Position numbers and translations under genes: made by a program. From contig JAIOXZ010000012.1 in NCBI GenBank assembly GCA_021741355.1, positions 18,409 to 82,408 on the forward strand: a DNA stretch of 64,000 nt. The letters run 5' to 3'. This DNA is from Caulobacter sp. Lineage in GTDB: Bacteria; Pseudomonadota; Alphaproteobacteria; Caulobacterales; Caulobacteraceae. The notes beneath the pieces were generated by a model, which was not told the origin of the DNA, made no database searches, and saw nothing but the letters and a program-made list of their open reading frames with translations. Numbering within the stretch: the first letter of the stretch is position 1; each line of letters starts with the position of its first letter. Positions 8,265-18,098 of this stretch are shown one piece after another.

Positions 8265-9638
8265 TCAGCTCGCCTCGCGCAGGCTGTCGCGGCCGGCCTT
8301 GAGGCGTTCGGCCACCAGGAAGGCCAGCTCCAGCGCCTGTTCGCCGTTCAGACGCGGGTCGCAGTGGGTGTGGTAGCGGTCGCCGAGCTCGCCCTCGAGC
8401 ACCGCGCGGGCGCCGCCCGTGCATTCGGTGACGTTCTGGCCGGTCATTTCCAGATGTACGCCGCCGGGGTGAACCCCCTCGGCCTCGGCGACATCGACGA
8501 AGCCCTTCACCTCGGCGAGGATCTTGTCGAACGGCCGGGTCTTGTAGCCGTTGCCGGCCTTCAGCGTGTTGCCGTGCATCGGGTCGGTGGCCCAGACCAC
8601 CGAGCGGCCGGCCTTCTTGGTCGCGGCCATCAGGCGCGGCAGGCGTTCGGCGATCTTGTCGGCGCCGAACCGGCCGATCAGCGTCAGCCGCCCGGGCTCG
8701 TTGGCCGGGTTCAGGGTATCGATCAGCCGCAGCAGGTCGTCCGGCTCCAGCGTCGGGCCGACCTTCATGCCGATGGGGTTCTTGACCCCGCGGGCGAACT
8801 CGATGTGCGCCCCGTCCAGCTGGCGCGTGCGCTCGCCGATCCACAGCATGTGGGCCGAGGTGTCGTACCAGTCGCCCGAGGTCGAATCGATCCGCGTCAT
8901 CGCCTCCTCGAAGCCGAGCAGCAGCGACTCGTGGCTGGTGAAGAACTCCACCTGCTTCATGCCCGGATGGCTCTCGGGCGTGACCCCGATGGCGGCCATG
9001 AAGGCCAGGCTCTCGCTGATCTTGTCCGACAGCTCGCGGTAGCGCGCGCCCTGCGGACTGTCCGCGACAAAGCCCAGCGTCCAGCGGTGGATGTTGTGCA
9101 GGTCGGCGTAACCGCCGCCGGCGAAGGCCCGCAGCAGGTTCAGCGTCGAGGACGCCTGGCCGTAGGCCTTCAGCAGCCGCTCGGGGTCCGGCGCCCGCTC
9201 GGCTTCATTGAAGTCCATGCCGTTGATGTTGTCGCCGCGATAGGACGGCAGTGTCACCCCGTCGATCGTCTCGATCGGCTCGGAGCGCGGCTTGGCGAAC
9301 TGGCCGGCGATGCGGCCGACCTTCACCACCGGCTTGCCGCCGGCGAACGTCAGCACCACCGCCATCTGCAGGATCAGGCGGAAGGTGTCGCGGATGTTGT
9401 CCGCGTGGAATTCCTTGAAGCTCTCGGCGCAGTCGCCGCCCTGCAGCAGGAAGGCCTTGCCCGCCGCCACATCGCCCAGCAGGCTCTTCAGCCGCCGCGC
9501 CTCGCCGGCGAACACCAGCGGCGGCATCCGCCGCAGTTCGGCCTCGACACGCTCCACCGCCCCCGCATCCGGATAATCCGTCGGCAGGTGCTTGGCGGGC
9601 TTGGCTCTCCAGGACGACGGGGTCCAGCGCTCGGTCAT
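8265..9638 (-). CDS. class II 3-deoxy-7-phosphoheptulonate (DAHP) synthase
   Basis: [49 protein letters not shown]. Confidence 0.96.
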   Translation of the reverse strand: MTERWTPSSWRAKPAKHLPTDYPDAGAVERVEAELRRMPPLVFAGEARRLKSLLGDVAAGKAFLLQGGDCAESFKEFHADNIRDTFRLILQMAVVLTFAGGKPVVKVGRIAGQFAKPRSEPIETIDGVTLPSYRGDNINGMDFNEAERAPDPERLLKAYGQASSTLNLLRAFAGGGYADLHNIHRWTLGFVADSPQGARYRELSDKISESLAFMAAIGVTPESHPGMKQVEFFTSHESLLLGFEEAMTRIDSTSGDWYDTSAHMLWIGERTRQLDGAHIEFARGVKNPIGMKVGPTLEPDDLLRLIDTLNPANEPGRLTLIGRFGADKIAERLPRLMAATKKAGRSVVWATDPMHGNTLKAGNGYKTRPFDKILAEVKGFVDVAEAEGVHPGGVHLEMTGQNVTECTGGARAVLEGELGDRYHTHCDPRLNGEQALELAFLVAERLKAGRDSLREAS

Positions 9639-10240
9639 GATCTCAAACTCAAAAAGTGGACGCCGTCCTTATCGCACTGCGGCATTGAAGGCAAAATAAT
9701 GCGCCCGGCGGGTGTGAGGGGCGCGACCGAGGCATGGCCATGCGCGAAGGTTGCGGATGCAACGACTGTTGCGGTGGAGATGGGGTGCCGCGGCTCCGGC
9801 GGAAGGGCGCAGGGGGCAGACTGTATCGGTTTCACGAAAGCACCCTCTTTACCGACCCGGACAGCGACGCCGGAAGGCGCGCCCTCCCCTATTGTACGCC
9901 CGTGGCCGGTGGCGGGGGATTGAGGCGAAGGAGTTGAGGGAAAACAGGGTGTTGCGGGGGTGGAGGCGAGGCTCGGGGCCTACCTGGTTGGGCGCCGGCG
10001 GTTCTGGCCGGGAGGCCGGCCGCAGCCGGGGACAGGCCGCGAACGGGGAGTCGATTGTCCCGCGATGTCTCGTGTTGTCTCGTGACTATACATCTCGGGA
10101 GTCTCGCATTGAGGCCAATAGCGCTCCAGACTTCTGGCCGGCGTTCGAACCATCTGCCCGGTCGGTTGATGGTGGGTGCAGCGGCGGTGGAGCAGGTTGC
10201 AGCCTGGCAGGTATATGAGCCCTATGGCGGGGGGCGATGA

Positions 10241-11758
10241 ATGAAGGATCGCGAGCGAGGAGTTTTACGGGCCGGAATCGCGTCCGGATACGTCGCCGCC
10301 CTCGGCCTGGTCGTGGCGACCAACGGCATCGCCTGGGCCGCCGGGCCGCGACTGGCCGGCGCCAACCTGGCGATGCTGTTCCTGGCGCCGGTGCTCGTCA
10401 GCGCGGTCGGCTTTGGCCTGGGCCCAGCCCTGCTGGCGGCCTTTGCGGCGGCGGTGAGCTTCAACTTCCTGTTCATCGAGCCCCGGTTCACCTTCTGGAT
10501 CGGCCATCCGGCGGATCTGCTGACCTTCAGCATGTTTTTCGCCGTGGCGATGGCCACCGGCTGGCTTGCCGGCCGGGAGCGGGATCAGGCGCAGATGGCC
10601 CGCCGTCACGCCGCCACGGTCGGAACACTGCTGGCGGCCAGCCGGGCGCTGGCGGCGGCCACCACCCCGGACGAAGTGGCCCAGGCTCTGGCCGACCAGT
10701 TGATGTCTGTCGGCGCCGGCGCCGCCGTGGTGGTTCTGCCCTCGGCGGCGGGGCCGCGCATCGCCGGCGGACCGGCAGGGCTGGACCGGCTGGGGCCCGC
10801 CGCCGCCGAGGCCGCCCGGGACGTGCTGGAAGCCGGGCGCGCGACCGACGACACCGCGACAGGGTATCGCTTCCAGGCGCTCGACGGCGCCGGCGGACGG
10901 GTCGCGGCAATCGGCCTCCGCGCGTCCACACCCAGGACCGATACGGCCGCCGAGGCGCTGGTATCCGGCCTGCTGCGGCAGGGTGCGGTCGCGCTGGAGC
11001 GGGCGGAACTGGCGGCGGCCACCGTCGAGAACCAGGCGCTTCGTCGCGCCGACGACCTGCGCTCGGCGCTGCTGAACTCGATCAGCCATGATTTCCGTAC
11101 GCCGCTGTCGACGGTGCTGGGCTCGGTGACCACCCTGCAGGACTACGGCGACCAGCTGAAGCCGGCGGTGCGACGGGACCTGCTCGACAGCATCCGCGAG
11201 GAGGCGCAGCGGTTGAACCGCTACGTCGGCGACCTGCTGGACATGGCCCGGCTGGAGGCCGGCGCCCTGACGCCGAAGCGGGAGTGGGCCGACGTGCGAG
11301 AAATAGTCGCCTCGGCCCTGGCGCGGATCGGTGATCGGATGGGAAGCCGGCGCGTCGTGCGCGACTTCGCCATCGACCTGTCACGGGTGAAGCTGGACCG
11401 CACGCTGCTTGAACAGGCGATCCTCAATGTGCTGGAAAATGCCGTCGCCTACGGACAGGACGGCACGCGCATCGAGGTCGCGGCCTACGAAGACGCCGGT
11501 CAGGTGATGATCGCCATCGAGGACGAGGGGCCGGGCATCGGGGCGGACGCGGTGAAAGTGATCTTCGACAGGTTCCGGCGGCTGGAACGGGCCAGTGACC
11601 GGGGCGAGGGTCTGGGGCTCGGACTGTCGATAGCAAAAGGCTTCATCGAAGCCATGGGCGGACGAATCGCCGCAACCAGTCCGGTAGCCGATGGCCGGGG
11701 GACCCGGTTCCTGATCTCCCTGCCGAAATCCATTCACACGCCGAAGGGGCTGCTGTGA
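10241..11758 (+). CDS. kdpD: KdpD-like sensor histidine kinase lacking the N-terminal KdpD/Usp domains
   Basis: DUF4118-type TM block (AAVSFNFLFIEPRFTF), GAF-like linker, H-box SISHDFRTPL, ENAVAY/DEGPGI/GLGLGLSI. Confidence 0.85.
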   Translation: MKDRERGVLRAGIASGYVAALGLVVATNGIAWAAGPRLAGANLAMLFLAPVLVSAVGFGLGPALLAAFAAAVSFNFLFIEPRFTFWIGHPADLLTFSMFFAVAMATGWLAGRERDQAQMARRHAATVGTLLAASRALAAATTPDEVAQALADQLMSVGAGAAVVVLPSAAGPRIAGGPAGLDRLGPAAAEAARDVLEAGRATDDTATGYRFQALDGAGGRVAAIGLRASTPRTDTAAEALVSGLLRQGAVALERAELAAATVENQALRRADDLRSALLNSISHDFRTPLSTVLGSVTTLQDYGDQLKPAVRRDLLDSIREEAQRLNRYVGDLLDMARLEAGALTPKREWADVREIVASALARIGDRMGSRRVVRDFAIDLSRVKLDRTLLEQAILNVLENAVAYGQDGTRIEVAAYEDAGQVMIAIEDEGPGIGADAVKVIFDRFRRLERASDRGEGLGLGLSIAKGFIEAMGGRIAATSPVADGRGTRFLISLPKSIHTPKGLL

Positions 11759-12447
11759 CGACCCATCGCCCGCGCATCCTGGTCATCGACGACGAGCCGC
11801 AGATCCACCGATTCCTGACTCCGGCGCTCGAGGCGGCAGGTTATGAGCCAATACGCGCCGACTCCGGCGAGGCCGGACTGCGGGAGCTGGCCCGGCGAGC
11901 TCCGGACGCGGTGGTGCTGGACCTCGGCCTCCCTGACATGGACGGGAAGGATGCCCTGGAGCGGGCGCGGCGCTTCTACGAAGGTCCTGTCCTGATCCTG
12001 TCGGCCCGACACCTCGAGAAGGAAAAGATCGACGCATTCGACCTGGGCGCCGACGACTATGTGGAAAAGCCCTTCAGCGTCGGCGAGCTGCTGGCGCGGC
12101 TGCGGGCGGTACTGAGGCGGGGCCCGCATGTGGAGGCGGCGCCGCAGACCGTGGTGGCCGGAGATCTGGAAATCGATCTGGCCATGCGCATCGTTCGCCG
12201 GAGCGGGACCCTGGTGCGGCTATCCCCCAAGGAATTCGAGCTGCTGCGCGGCCTGGTCGCGGCCGGGGGGCGGGTGGTCACCCACCGCCAGCTGTTGACC
12301 GCCGTCTGGGGACCGGCGCATGCCCAGGATGTGCAGTACCTGCGCGTTTTCGTCGGCCAGCTGCGCCAAAAGCTCGAGGCCGATCCGGCCGCGCCCCGGC
12401 ATTTCGTCACCGAGCCGGGAGTGGGCTACCGCTTCCTGGCCGGCTAG
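11755..12447 (+). CDS. kdpE: KdpE-type OmpR-family response regulator
   Basis: IDDEPQIHRFL, DLGLPDMDG, QYLRVFVGQLRQKLEADP, TEPGVGYRF; 4-nt overlap with the kinase stop. Confidence 0.92.
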   Translation: MTTHRPRILVIDDEPQIHRFLTPALEAAGYEPIRADSGEAGLRELARRAPDAVVLDLGLPDMDGKDALERARRFYEGPVLILSARHLEKEKIDAFDLGADDYVEKPFSVGELLARLRAVLRRGPHVEAAPQTVVAGDLEIDLAMRIVRRSGTLVRLSPKEFELLRGLVAAGGRVVTHRQLLTAVWGPAHAQDVQYLRVFVGQLRQKLEADPAAPRHFVTEPGVGYRFLAG

Positions 12448-12707
12448 TCGGTCGCCCGCAGCAGCTCGGCCGCCCGGTTGAAGAAGCGCTCGGCGGGCGT
12501 TTCAGGATGATCGACGGGCGTCGACAGGGCCGCCGCCAATTCGACACCCGCGAGGATCGCGGTCAGGTCGCCCCTCTGGCGAGCCTCGTCGCGAATGCCC
12601 TGCGTCATGACCTCCAGCGCCACAGTCAAATCGACGCCCGCCTCGGCCCTGGCGAACAACTGATCGAGACGGAAGACGCAGTCGCTGACGACACCCGGCG
12701 CAGCCAT
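12444..12707 (-). CDS. small hypothetical protein (87 aa)
   Basis: AGGAGCAGGACC-ATG ribosome site; GC-rich third positions; 28 nt downstream of kup. Confidence 0.6.
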   Translation of the reverse strand: MAAPGVVSDCVFRLDQLFARAEAGVDLTVALEVMTQGIRDEARQRGDLTAILAGVELAAALSTPVDHPETPAERFFNRAAELLRATD

Positions 12708-12735
12708 GGTCCTGCTCCTGTCGCGAAAGGTCGGG

Positions 12736-14637
12736 CTAGACGGACACCTGGGTTCCCATCTCGACCACGCGCCCGGGAGGGATGCTGAAGAAGTCCGTCG
12801 GGTTGGCGGCGTTGCGCATCAGGAAGATGAACAGCTTGTCCTGCCACAGCGGCATGCCGCTGTGGGCCGAGGCGATCACCGAGCGGCGGCCGAGGAAGAA
12901 GGACGTCGACATGATGTCGAACTTCATTCCCTTCTGCCGGCACAGACCCAGCGCCTTGGGCACGTTGGGCGTCTCCATGAAGCCGTAGTGCAGCGTCACC
13001 CGGCGGAAGTCCTCGTTGATCGGCCCGAGTTCCACCCGGTCCTCCGGCGGCACGCGCGGAATGTCGGCTGTCTGGACCGTGAGGATGACGTTCTGCCGGT
13101 GCAGCACGCGGTTGTGCTTGAGGTTGTGCATCAGGGCGACCGGGGCCACCGTCGGGTCGGAGGTCAGGAACATGGCCGTACCCTCGACCCGGTGCGGCGT
13201 ACGCGCCTTGAGGGTCTCGGCCAGGTCGGCCATCGGAATGGAGTCCCGGTGGGCCTTGGCGGAGAGAATTCGCGTCCCGCTGATCCAGGTCCACATGATC
13301 AGCACAAGACCCAGTCCAAGGACGATCGGGAACCATCCGCCCTGGGCGAATTTCAGGGTGTTGGCCCCGAGGAAAATCAGGTCGATCGCCAGAAACGGCG
13401 CGCAGAGAGCGGCAGCCGCCCACAGCGGCCACTGCCAGTGCCGGCGCGTGATGATGAACAACAGCAGCACAGTGATGACCATCGTGGCGGTGATGGCGAT
13501 ACCGTAGGCGGCGGCCAGGTTGGACGAGTTGCGGAAGATGACCAGCAGGGCCAGAACCCCGACCATCAACATCGTGTTGATCGCCGGCACGAAGATCTGT
13601 CCGGCGATGGTTTCGCTGGTGCGCTTGATGGTCATCCGCGGCAGCAGTCCCAGCTGCACGGCCTGCTGGGTGACCGAGAAGGCGCCGGTGATCACCGCCT
13701 GGCTGGCGATCACCGTCGCAGCCGTTGTCAGGATCAGCACCGGCCAGTAAGCGAATTGCGGGATCATCCTGAAGAACGGATTGGCCGCCGCCGCCGGATC
13801 AGCCAGCACCAGGGCGCCCTGGCCCAGGTAGTTGATCATCAGGCAGGGGAAGGCCACCGTCAGCCAGGCCGTCCGGATCGGACCCTTGCCGAAATGGCCG
13901 ACGTCGGCATAGAGCGCCTCCGCCCCGGTCACCACCAGGAACACGCTGCCGAGCACGGCCGTCCCCAGCACCCAGTTGTGGAGGAACAGGTTGATCCCGT
14001 AGTGCGGGCTGAGGCCCAGCAGGATCGAGGGTTCGCGGACGATGTGGTTCAGGCCCATGGCCGCCAGCACGACGAACCAGACCAGGGTGATCGGGCCGAA
14101 ATAGCGACCGACGCTGGCCGTCCCCCGCGACTGGACCATGAACAGGGCCACCAGGATGACGGCGGCCGTCGGCAGGACGAAGGGCCGGAAGGCTTCGCCG
14201 ACGCCGGGAGCGTCGACCACCCCCTCGGCCGCCGACAGCACCGAGATGGCCGGGGTGATCAGGCCGTCGCCGTAGAACAGCGCCGCGCCGATGATGCCCA
14301 GCAGGAAGACCATTCCGGACCGCCGGCCCATGGCCTGCTGCGCCAGGGCCATCATCGCCAGGGTTCCGCCCTCGCCCTTGTTGTCGGCCCGCAGGACCAC
14401 GACCAGATACTTGATCGTCACGATCAGGGTCAGGGCCCAGAACACGAGCGACACCACCCCCAGGGCGGCCATGTCGACGGGAATTCCCTTCGTATGGGCC
14501 AGCGCTTCGCGCATGGCGTACAAAGGACTCGTGCCGATGTCGCCGAAAACAACCCCGACGGATCCGAGCGTCAGCGCCCAGAACCCGGGATGTCTGGAAG
14601 CCACTGCCGTGGGGCTGGCTGCAGGGGAAACGCTCAT
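12736..14637 (-). CDS. kup: potassium transporter Kup
   Basis: GVVFGDIGTSPLY, DNKGEGG, GAEALYADVGHFG, LAAAYGIAIT, VVEMGTQVSV. Confidence 0.97.
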   Translation of the reverse strand: MSVSPAASPTAVASRHPGFWALTLGSVGVVFGDIGTSPLYAMREALAHTKGIPVDMAALGVVSLVFWALTLIVTIKYLVVVLRADNKGEGGTLAMMALAQQAMGRRSGMVFLLGIIGAALFYGDGLITPAISVLSAAEGVVDAPGVGEAFRPFVLPTAAVILVALFMVQSRGTASVGRYFGPITLVWFVVLAAMGLNHIVREPSILLGLSPHYGINLFLHNWVLGTAVLGSVFLVVTGAEALYADVGHFGKGPIRTAWLTVAFPCLMINYLGQGALVLADPAAAANPFFRMIPQFAYWPVLILTTAATVIASQAVITGAFSVTQQAVQLGLLPRMTIKRTSETIAGQIFVPAINTMLMVGVLALLVIFRNSSNLAAAYGIAITATMVITVLLLFIITRRHWQWPLWAAAALCAPFLAIDLIFLGANTLKFAQGGWFPIVLGLGLVLIMWTWISGTRILSAKAHRDSIPMADLAETLKARTPHRVEGTAMFLTSDPTVAPVALMHNLKHNRVLHRQNVILTVQTADIPRVPPEDRVELGPINEDFRRVTLHYGFMETPNVPKALGLCRQKGMKFDIMSTSFFLGRRSVIASAHSGMPLWQDKLFIFLMRNAANPTDFFSIPPGRVVEMGTQVSV

Positions 14638-14728
14638 GACAGGCTCCGGCCGCCCCGAGAGTCAGGGCGTGGTGGAGTCTGTTCTGGCGCCGGGCCGCGT
14701 TGGGTTTCGATTGGGAAGACGGGTCACG

Positions 14729-14750
14729 CGCATAAGGACCGCATAAAGAC
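14729..14750 (-). promoter_or_regulatory. candidate KdpE/OmpR-family box upstream of kup
   Basis: Tandem 11-mer CGCATAAGGAC/CGCATAAAGAC (10/11 identical); minus strand GTCTTTATGCG-GTCCTTATGCG; about 92 nt before the kup ATG. Confidence 0.65.
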
Positions 14751-14783
14751 TGCGGGTGACCGAGCTCGCTCGCCCCCCTCCCC

Positions 14784-16166
14784 CTACCCCAACTCCGCCG
14801 GCACATACTTCTCGCGCATGGTCACCAGTTCCTCCGCCGCCGTCGGGTGAACGGCACACGTCGAGTCCCACTGCTGTTTGGTCACGCCCATCTTCACGGC
14901 GATGGCGGCCATCTGGATCATTTCCGGGGAGTCGGGGCCGACGACGTGGACGCCGACGACCTGCTGGGTGTCCTGGCGGACCAGCAGCTTCATCAGGGAG
15001 CGTTCCTCGCCGCCGTAGAAGGTGACCTTCATCGGGCGGAACACGGCGCGGTAGACGTCGATGGGGCCGTAGGCCTTGCGGGCCTCGGCCTCGCCCATGC
15101 CGACCGTGCCGATCGGCGGCTGGGAGAAGACGGCGGTGGCGACCATGTCGTGGTCGAAGGTGGTCGGGTTGTTGCGGAACTCGGTCTCGGCGAAAGCGGC
15201 GCCCTCGCGGATGGCGACCGGGGTCAGGTTGATCCGGTCGGTCACGTCGCCGACGGCCCAGATGTTGTCGACGCTGGTCTTGCTGAATTTGTCGACCTTG
15301 ATCGCGCCGCGTTCGTTGAGCTCGACGCCGGCGGTTTCGAGGCCCAGGCCCTTGACGTAGGGCTCGCGGCCGGTAGCGAACATCACCTGCTCGCTGGTGA
15401 ACTTCATGCCGTTGTTGAGGGTGCTGACAATGCCGGCGTCGGTCTTTTCGAGGCTGTCGTGCTGGCAGCCCAGGACCACGGTGATGCCGCGGCGCTCCAT
15501 CTCGCGCTCCAGGTGGGCGCGGATGTCGTCGTCGAAGCCGCGCAGGACGTTGGCCCCGCGATAGAGCAGCGTCACCTTGCTGCCCAGGCCCGCGTAGATG
15601 CCGGCGAACTCCACCGCGATATAGCCGCCGCCGACGATCAGGATGCTTTCGGGCAGATGGTCGAGGTGGAAGGCCTCGTCCGAGCTGATCGCGTGCTCGA
15701 TGCCCGGGAGGTCCGCCGGATAGGTCGGCCGGCCGCCGGTGGCGATGAGGATCTTCTCGGCGGTCACCATGCGGGCGTGGTCGCCGAGGATTTCGACAGT
15801 GTGGGTGTCCTTCAGCACGGCGCGGCCGTGCAGAAGATCGGCGCCGGCCTTCTGCAGGTTGGTGACATAGATGCCCGACAGGCGCGCGATCTCGATGTCC
15901 TTGGCCTGGAGGAAGGTCGGCCAGTCGAAGGTCGGCTCCTGGACGGTCCAGCCGAAGCCGCGGGCGGTCTTGACCTGGTGGGAGAATTCGCTGGCGTAGA
16001 CCATGAACTTCTTGGGCACGCAGCCGCGGATCACGCAGGTGCCGCCGACCCGGTACTCCTCGGCGACCCCGACGCGGGCGCCGGTCATGGCGGCCAGCCG
16101 CGCGGCGCGCACCCCGCCGGAGCCTGCGCCGATGACGAAGAGGTCGTAGTCGTACTTGCTGGCCAT
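14784..16166 (-). CDS. gor: glutathione-disulfide reductase
   Basis: GAGSGG, GGTCVIRGCVPKK, GGGYIAVEF, HPTAAEE. Confidence 0.96.
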   Translation of the reverse strand: MASKYDYDLFVIGAGSGGVRAARLAAMTGARVGVAEEYRVGGTCVIRGCVPKKFMVYASEFSHQVKTARGFGWTVQEPTFDWPTFLQAKDIEIARLSGIYVTNLQKAGADLLHGRAVLKDTHTVEILGDHARMVTAEKILIATGGRPTYPADLPGIEHAISSDEAFHLDHLPESILIVGGGYIAVEFAGIYAGLGSKVTLLYRGANVLRGFDDDIRAHLEREMERRGITVVLGCQHDSLEKTDAGIVSTLNNGMKFTSEQVMFATGREPYVKGLGLETAGVELNERGAIKVDKFSKTSVDNIWAVGDVTDRINLTPVAIREGAAFAETEFRNNPTTFDHDMVATAVFSQPPIGTVGMGEAEARKAYGPIDVYRAVFRPMKVTFYGGEERSLMKLLVRQDTQQVVGVHVVGPDSPEMIQMAAIAVKMGVTKQQWDSTCAVHPTAAEELVTMREKYVPAELG

Positions 16167-16204
16167 CAGGGGCTCCCGGCGGATTTGTCGGGTGGGATAT
16201 GGCC

Positions 16205-16888
16205 CTAGGGAACCAGCTTGACCACCCCTTCGTCCGTGCCGATCAGCGCCTCGTCGGCCAGATCGAGGAACAGGCCGTGGTCGACCACCCCGGTGATGCT
16301 CTTGAGCGCCGCGCCGAGGGCCGCCGGGTCGTCGATGCCGCCGGAGCCCAGGTCGTAGATCACGTTGCCGCCGTCGGTGACCACCACGCCCCGGTCGGCC
16401 GTGCGCAGGCGCGGCGGCGGCAGGTCGAACTCGGCGGCGATGTCGGCCAGCCGCCGGCCGGTGTGCGGGTGGCCGAAGCGGACCACCTCGATCGGCAGGG
16501 CGAAGGCCTGGCCGAGTTTCTTCACCTGCTTGCCGGCGTCGGCGATGACCACACAGCGGTGCGAGGCCTCCCAGACCAGCTTCTCGCGCAGCAGGGCCGC
16601 GCCCGCGCCCTTGATCAGCGACAGGCCCGGCCCGATCTCGTCGGCGCCGTCCACGGTCAGGTCGATGGTCTTGACGTCGTCCAGCCCGACCAGCGGGATG
16701 CCCAGCTCGCGGGCCAGGTTGGCGGTGTTCTCCGAGGTCGGCACGCCGCGGATGTCCAGCCCGCGCGCGGCCAGCGCCCTGACGAACCAGACGGCCGTCG
16801 AGCCTGTGCCAAGGCCCACGACCATGCCGGCCTCGACGAGGTCAGCGGCGGCGGCGCCGGAGATGCGTTTCTGGTCGTCAGGGGTCAT
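16205..16888 (-). CDS. rpiA: ribose-5-phosphate isomerase A
   Basis: GLGTGST, DLTVDGADE, IKGAGAALLREK, TDGGN, GVVDHGLF. Confidence 0.96.
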   Translation of the reverse strand: MTPDDQKRISGAAAADLVEAGMVVGLGTGSTAVWFVRALAARGLDIRGVPTSENTANLARELGIPLVGLDDVKTIDLTVDGADEIGPGLSLIKGAGAALLREKLVWEASHRCVVIADAGKQVKKLGQAFALPIEVVRFGHPHTGRRLADIAAEFDLPPPRLRTADRGVVVTDGGNVIYDLGSGGIDDPAALGAALKSITGVVDHGLFLDLADEALIGTDEGVVKLVP

Positions 16889-17466
16889 GGGGTGCTCTTG
16901 GGGGCTAGCGCCCGCGTGACGGCAAAGCTCGTCTGACCGGGCTCATCCTGGATCATGAAGGCAACGAGTTCACCGGCCAGGGCGGCCGCCTTGACCTGAT
17001 CATCGTCGTTTGCGGGAAACGCCGTTCTGCCACTGACCATGTTCCGGAACACGTACAGGGATCCACCACTGTTCTCGGTCGCAGGGACGCCGGCGATCCA
17101 TCCGCGTGCGTCATCGACGGCGACGGCATCGCGCTTGCCACTGACGCTGCACACGACAGCGTCGACCGAGGGCACGCCGAAGCCCGCAGGCTGCCGGGCG
17201 AGGATCAGCAGGCGGGTCGGAGCGGACGGCGATCCCAGCATGAAAATCCGGGCGCCTGACAGGCCGTCGGCATCGACCACGGCTCCCTCGGGCTCCACGA
17301 AGCCCAATCGCCTGGCCTCCGCCGCCGCCGTCTCGACGTCGAGGCGCGTAGCCATGCAGACCGACTGGAAAGCAGCGAACATCCCGGAGGTTTCGGCCGC
17401 CCCCGCCATGACCGGCGCCGCCAACAGGACGACGGCCCCTGCCCCTGCCATGAGCAGGCCCCTCAC
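16885..17466 (-). CDS. exported hypothetical protein (tandem paralog 1)
   Basis: GTG 17466 (or ATG 17451) overlaps the upstream stop; signal peptide; its stop overlaps the rpiA ATG; aligns with 17463-18044. Confidence 0.7.
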   Translation of the reverse strand: MRGLLMAGAGAVVLLAAPVMAGAAETSGMFAAFQSVCMATRLDVETAAAEARRLGFVEPEGAVVDADGLSGARIFMLGSPSAPTRLLILARQPAGFGVPSVDAVVCSVSGKRDAVAVDDARGWIAGVPATENSGGSLYVFRNMVSGRTAFPANDDDQVKAAALAGELVAFMIQDEPGQTSFAVTRALAPKSTP

Positions 17467-18044
17467 GACGCCGCCTTCGTGCGGCTGAGCATCAGCAGGC
17501 TGACGCCGCCGAGGCCGGAGACGGTCAGGACGTTCATGTCCGAGGCCAGCAGCGCCGCCTTGACGGCCGGCTTGTCGTCGAACGACAGGGGCGCGCGGCC
17601 GCCGCCGGTCTGGCGGAAGCCGTGGAAGCCGATGCCCATGACGGTCTTCGATGCCGGCACGCCGATCCACTTGCGTCCGGCGGCGAGGCCCGCGTCGTCC
17701 TCGCCCTTAACCCCGACGCCGCAGGCGATGGTCGTCGAGGCCGGCATCCCGTCCTTCGGCTTGCCCTTGCCGCGGCCGGCCAGGACGAAGAACTCGCGGC
17801 CGTCGACGGTCTTCTCGTAGCCCTGCATGTCGTCCATCCCGCCGACCCTGGCCTTCTTCTTCGCCGGGGCGAAGCCATTGGCCGCCGCGCGGGCGGCGCT
17901 GCGCTCAGGGTCGAGCTCAGGGCCGCAGATGGTTGTGAAATAGCCGAACAAGCCGGCGTCACCGGCGGCCAGCGCGGGCCGCGAAGGCGTGGTGGCGGCC
18001 ACGGCCAGCGTCGCCAGGATCAGGACTGTCGGAACAGGGCGCAT
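17463..18044 (-). CDS. exported hypothetical protein (tandem paralog 2)
   Basis: Signal peptide MRPVPTVLILATLAVAATTPSRPALA; two conserved Cys shared with paralog 1. Confidence 0.75.
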   Translation of the reverse strand: MRPVPTVLILATLAVAATTPSRPALAAGDAGLFGYFTTICGPELDPERSAARAAANGFAPAKKKARVGGMDDMQGYEKTVDGREFFVLAGRGKGKPKDGMPASTTIACGVGVKGEDDAGLAAGRKWIGVPASKTVMGIGFHGFRQTGGGRAPLSFDDKPAVKAALLASDMNVLTVSGLGGVSLLMLSRTKAAS

Positions 18045-18098
18045 GCACCTTGAATGCCATGGCGCGACCAGACCCGCCAGCCGCCGCGTGGTCTGCGC

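Noticed and set aside
9635-9835. Leader peptide/attenuator for the DAHP synthase
   Set aside because: The 66-aa ORF has no run of Trp/Phe/Tyr codons and no terminator hairpin follows.
14770-14792. CCCCCTCCCCCTACCCC as another CIR copy
   Set aside because: No complementary G-rich arm; it overlaps the gor 3' end.
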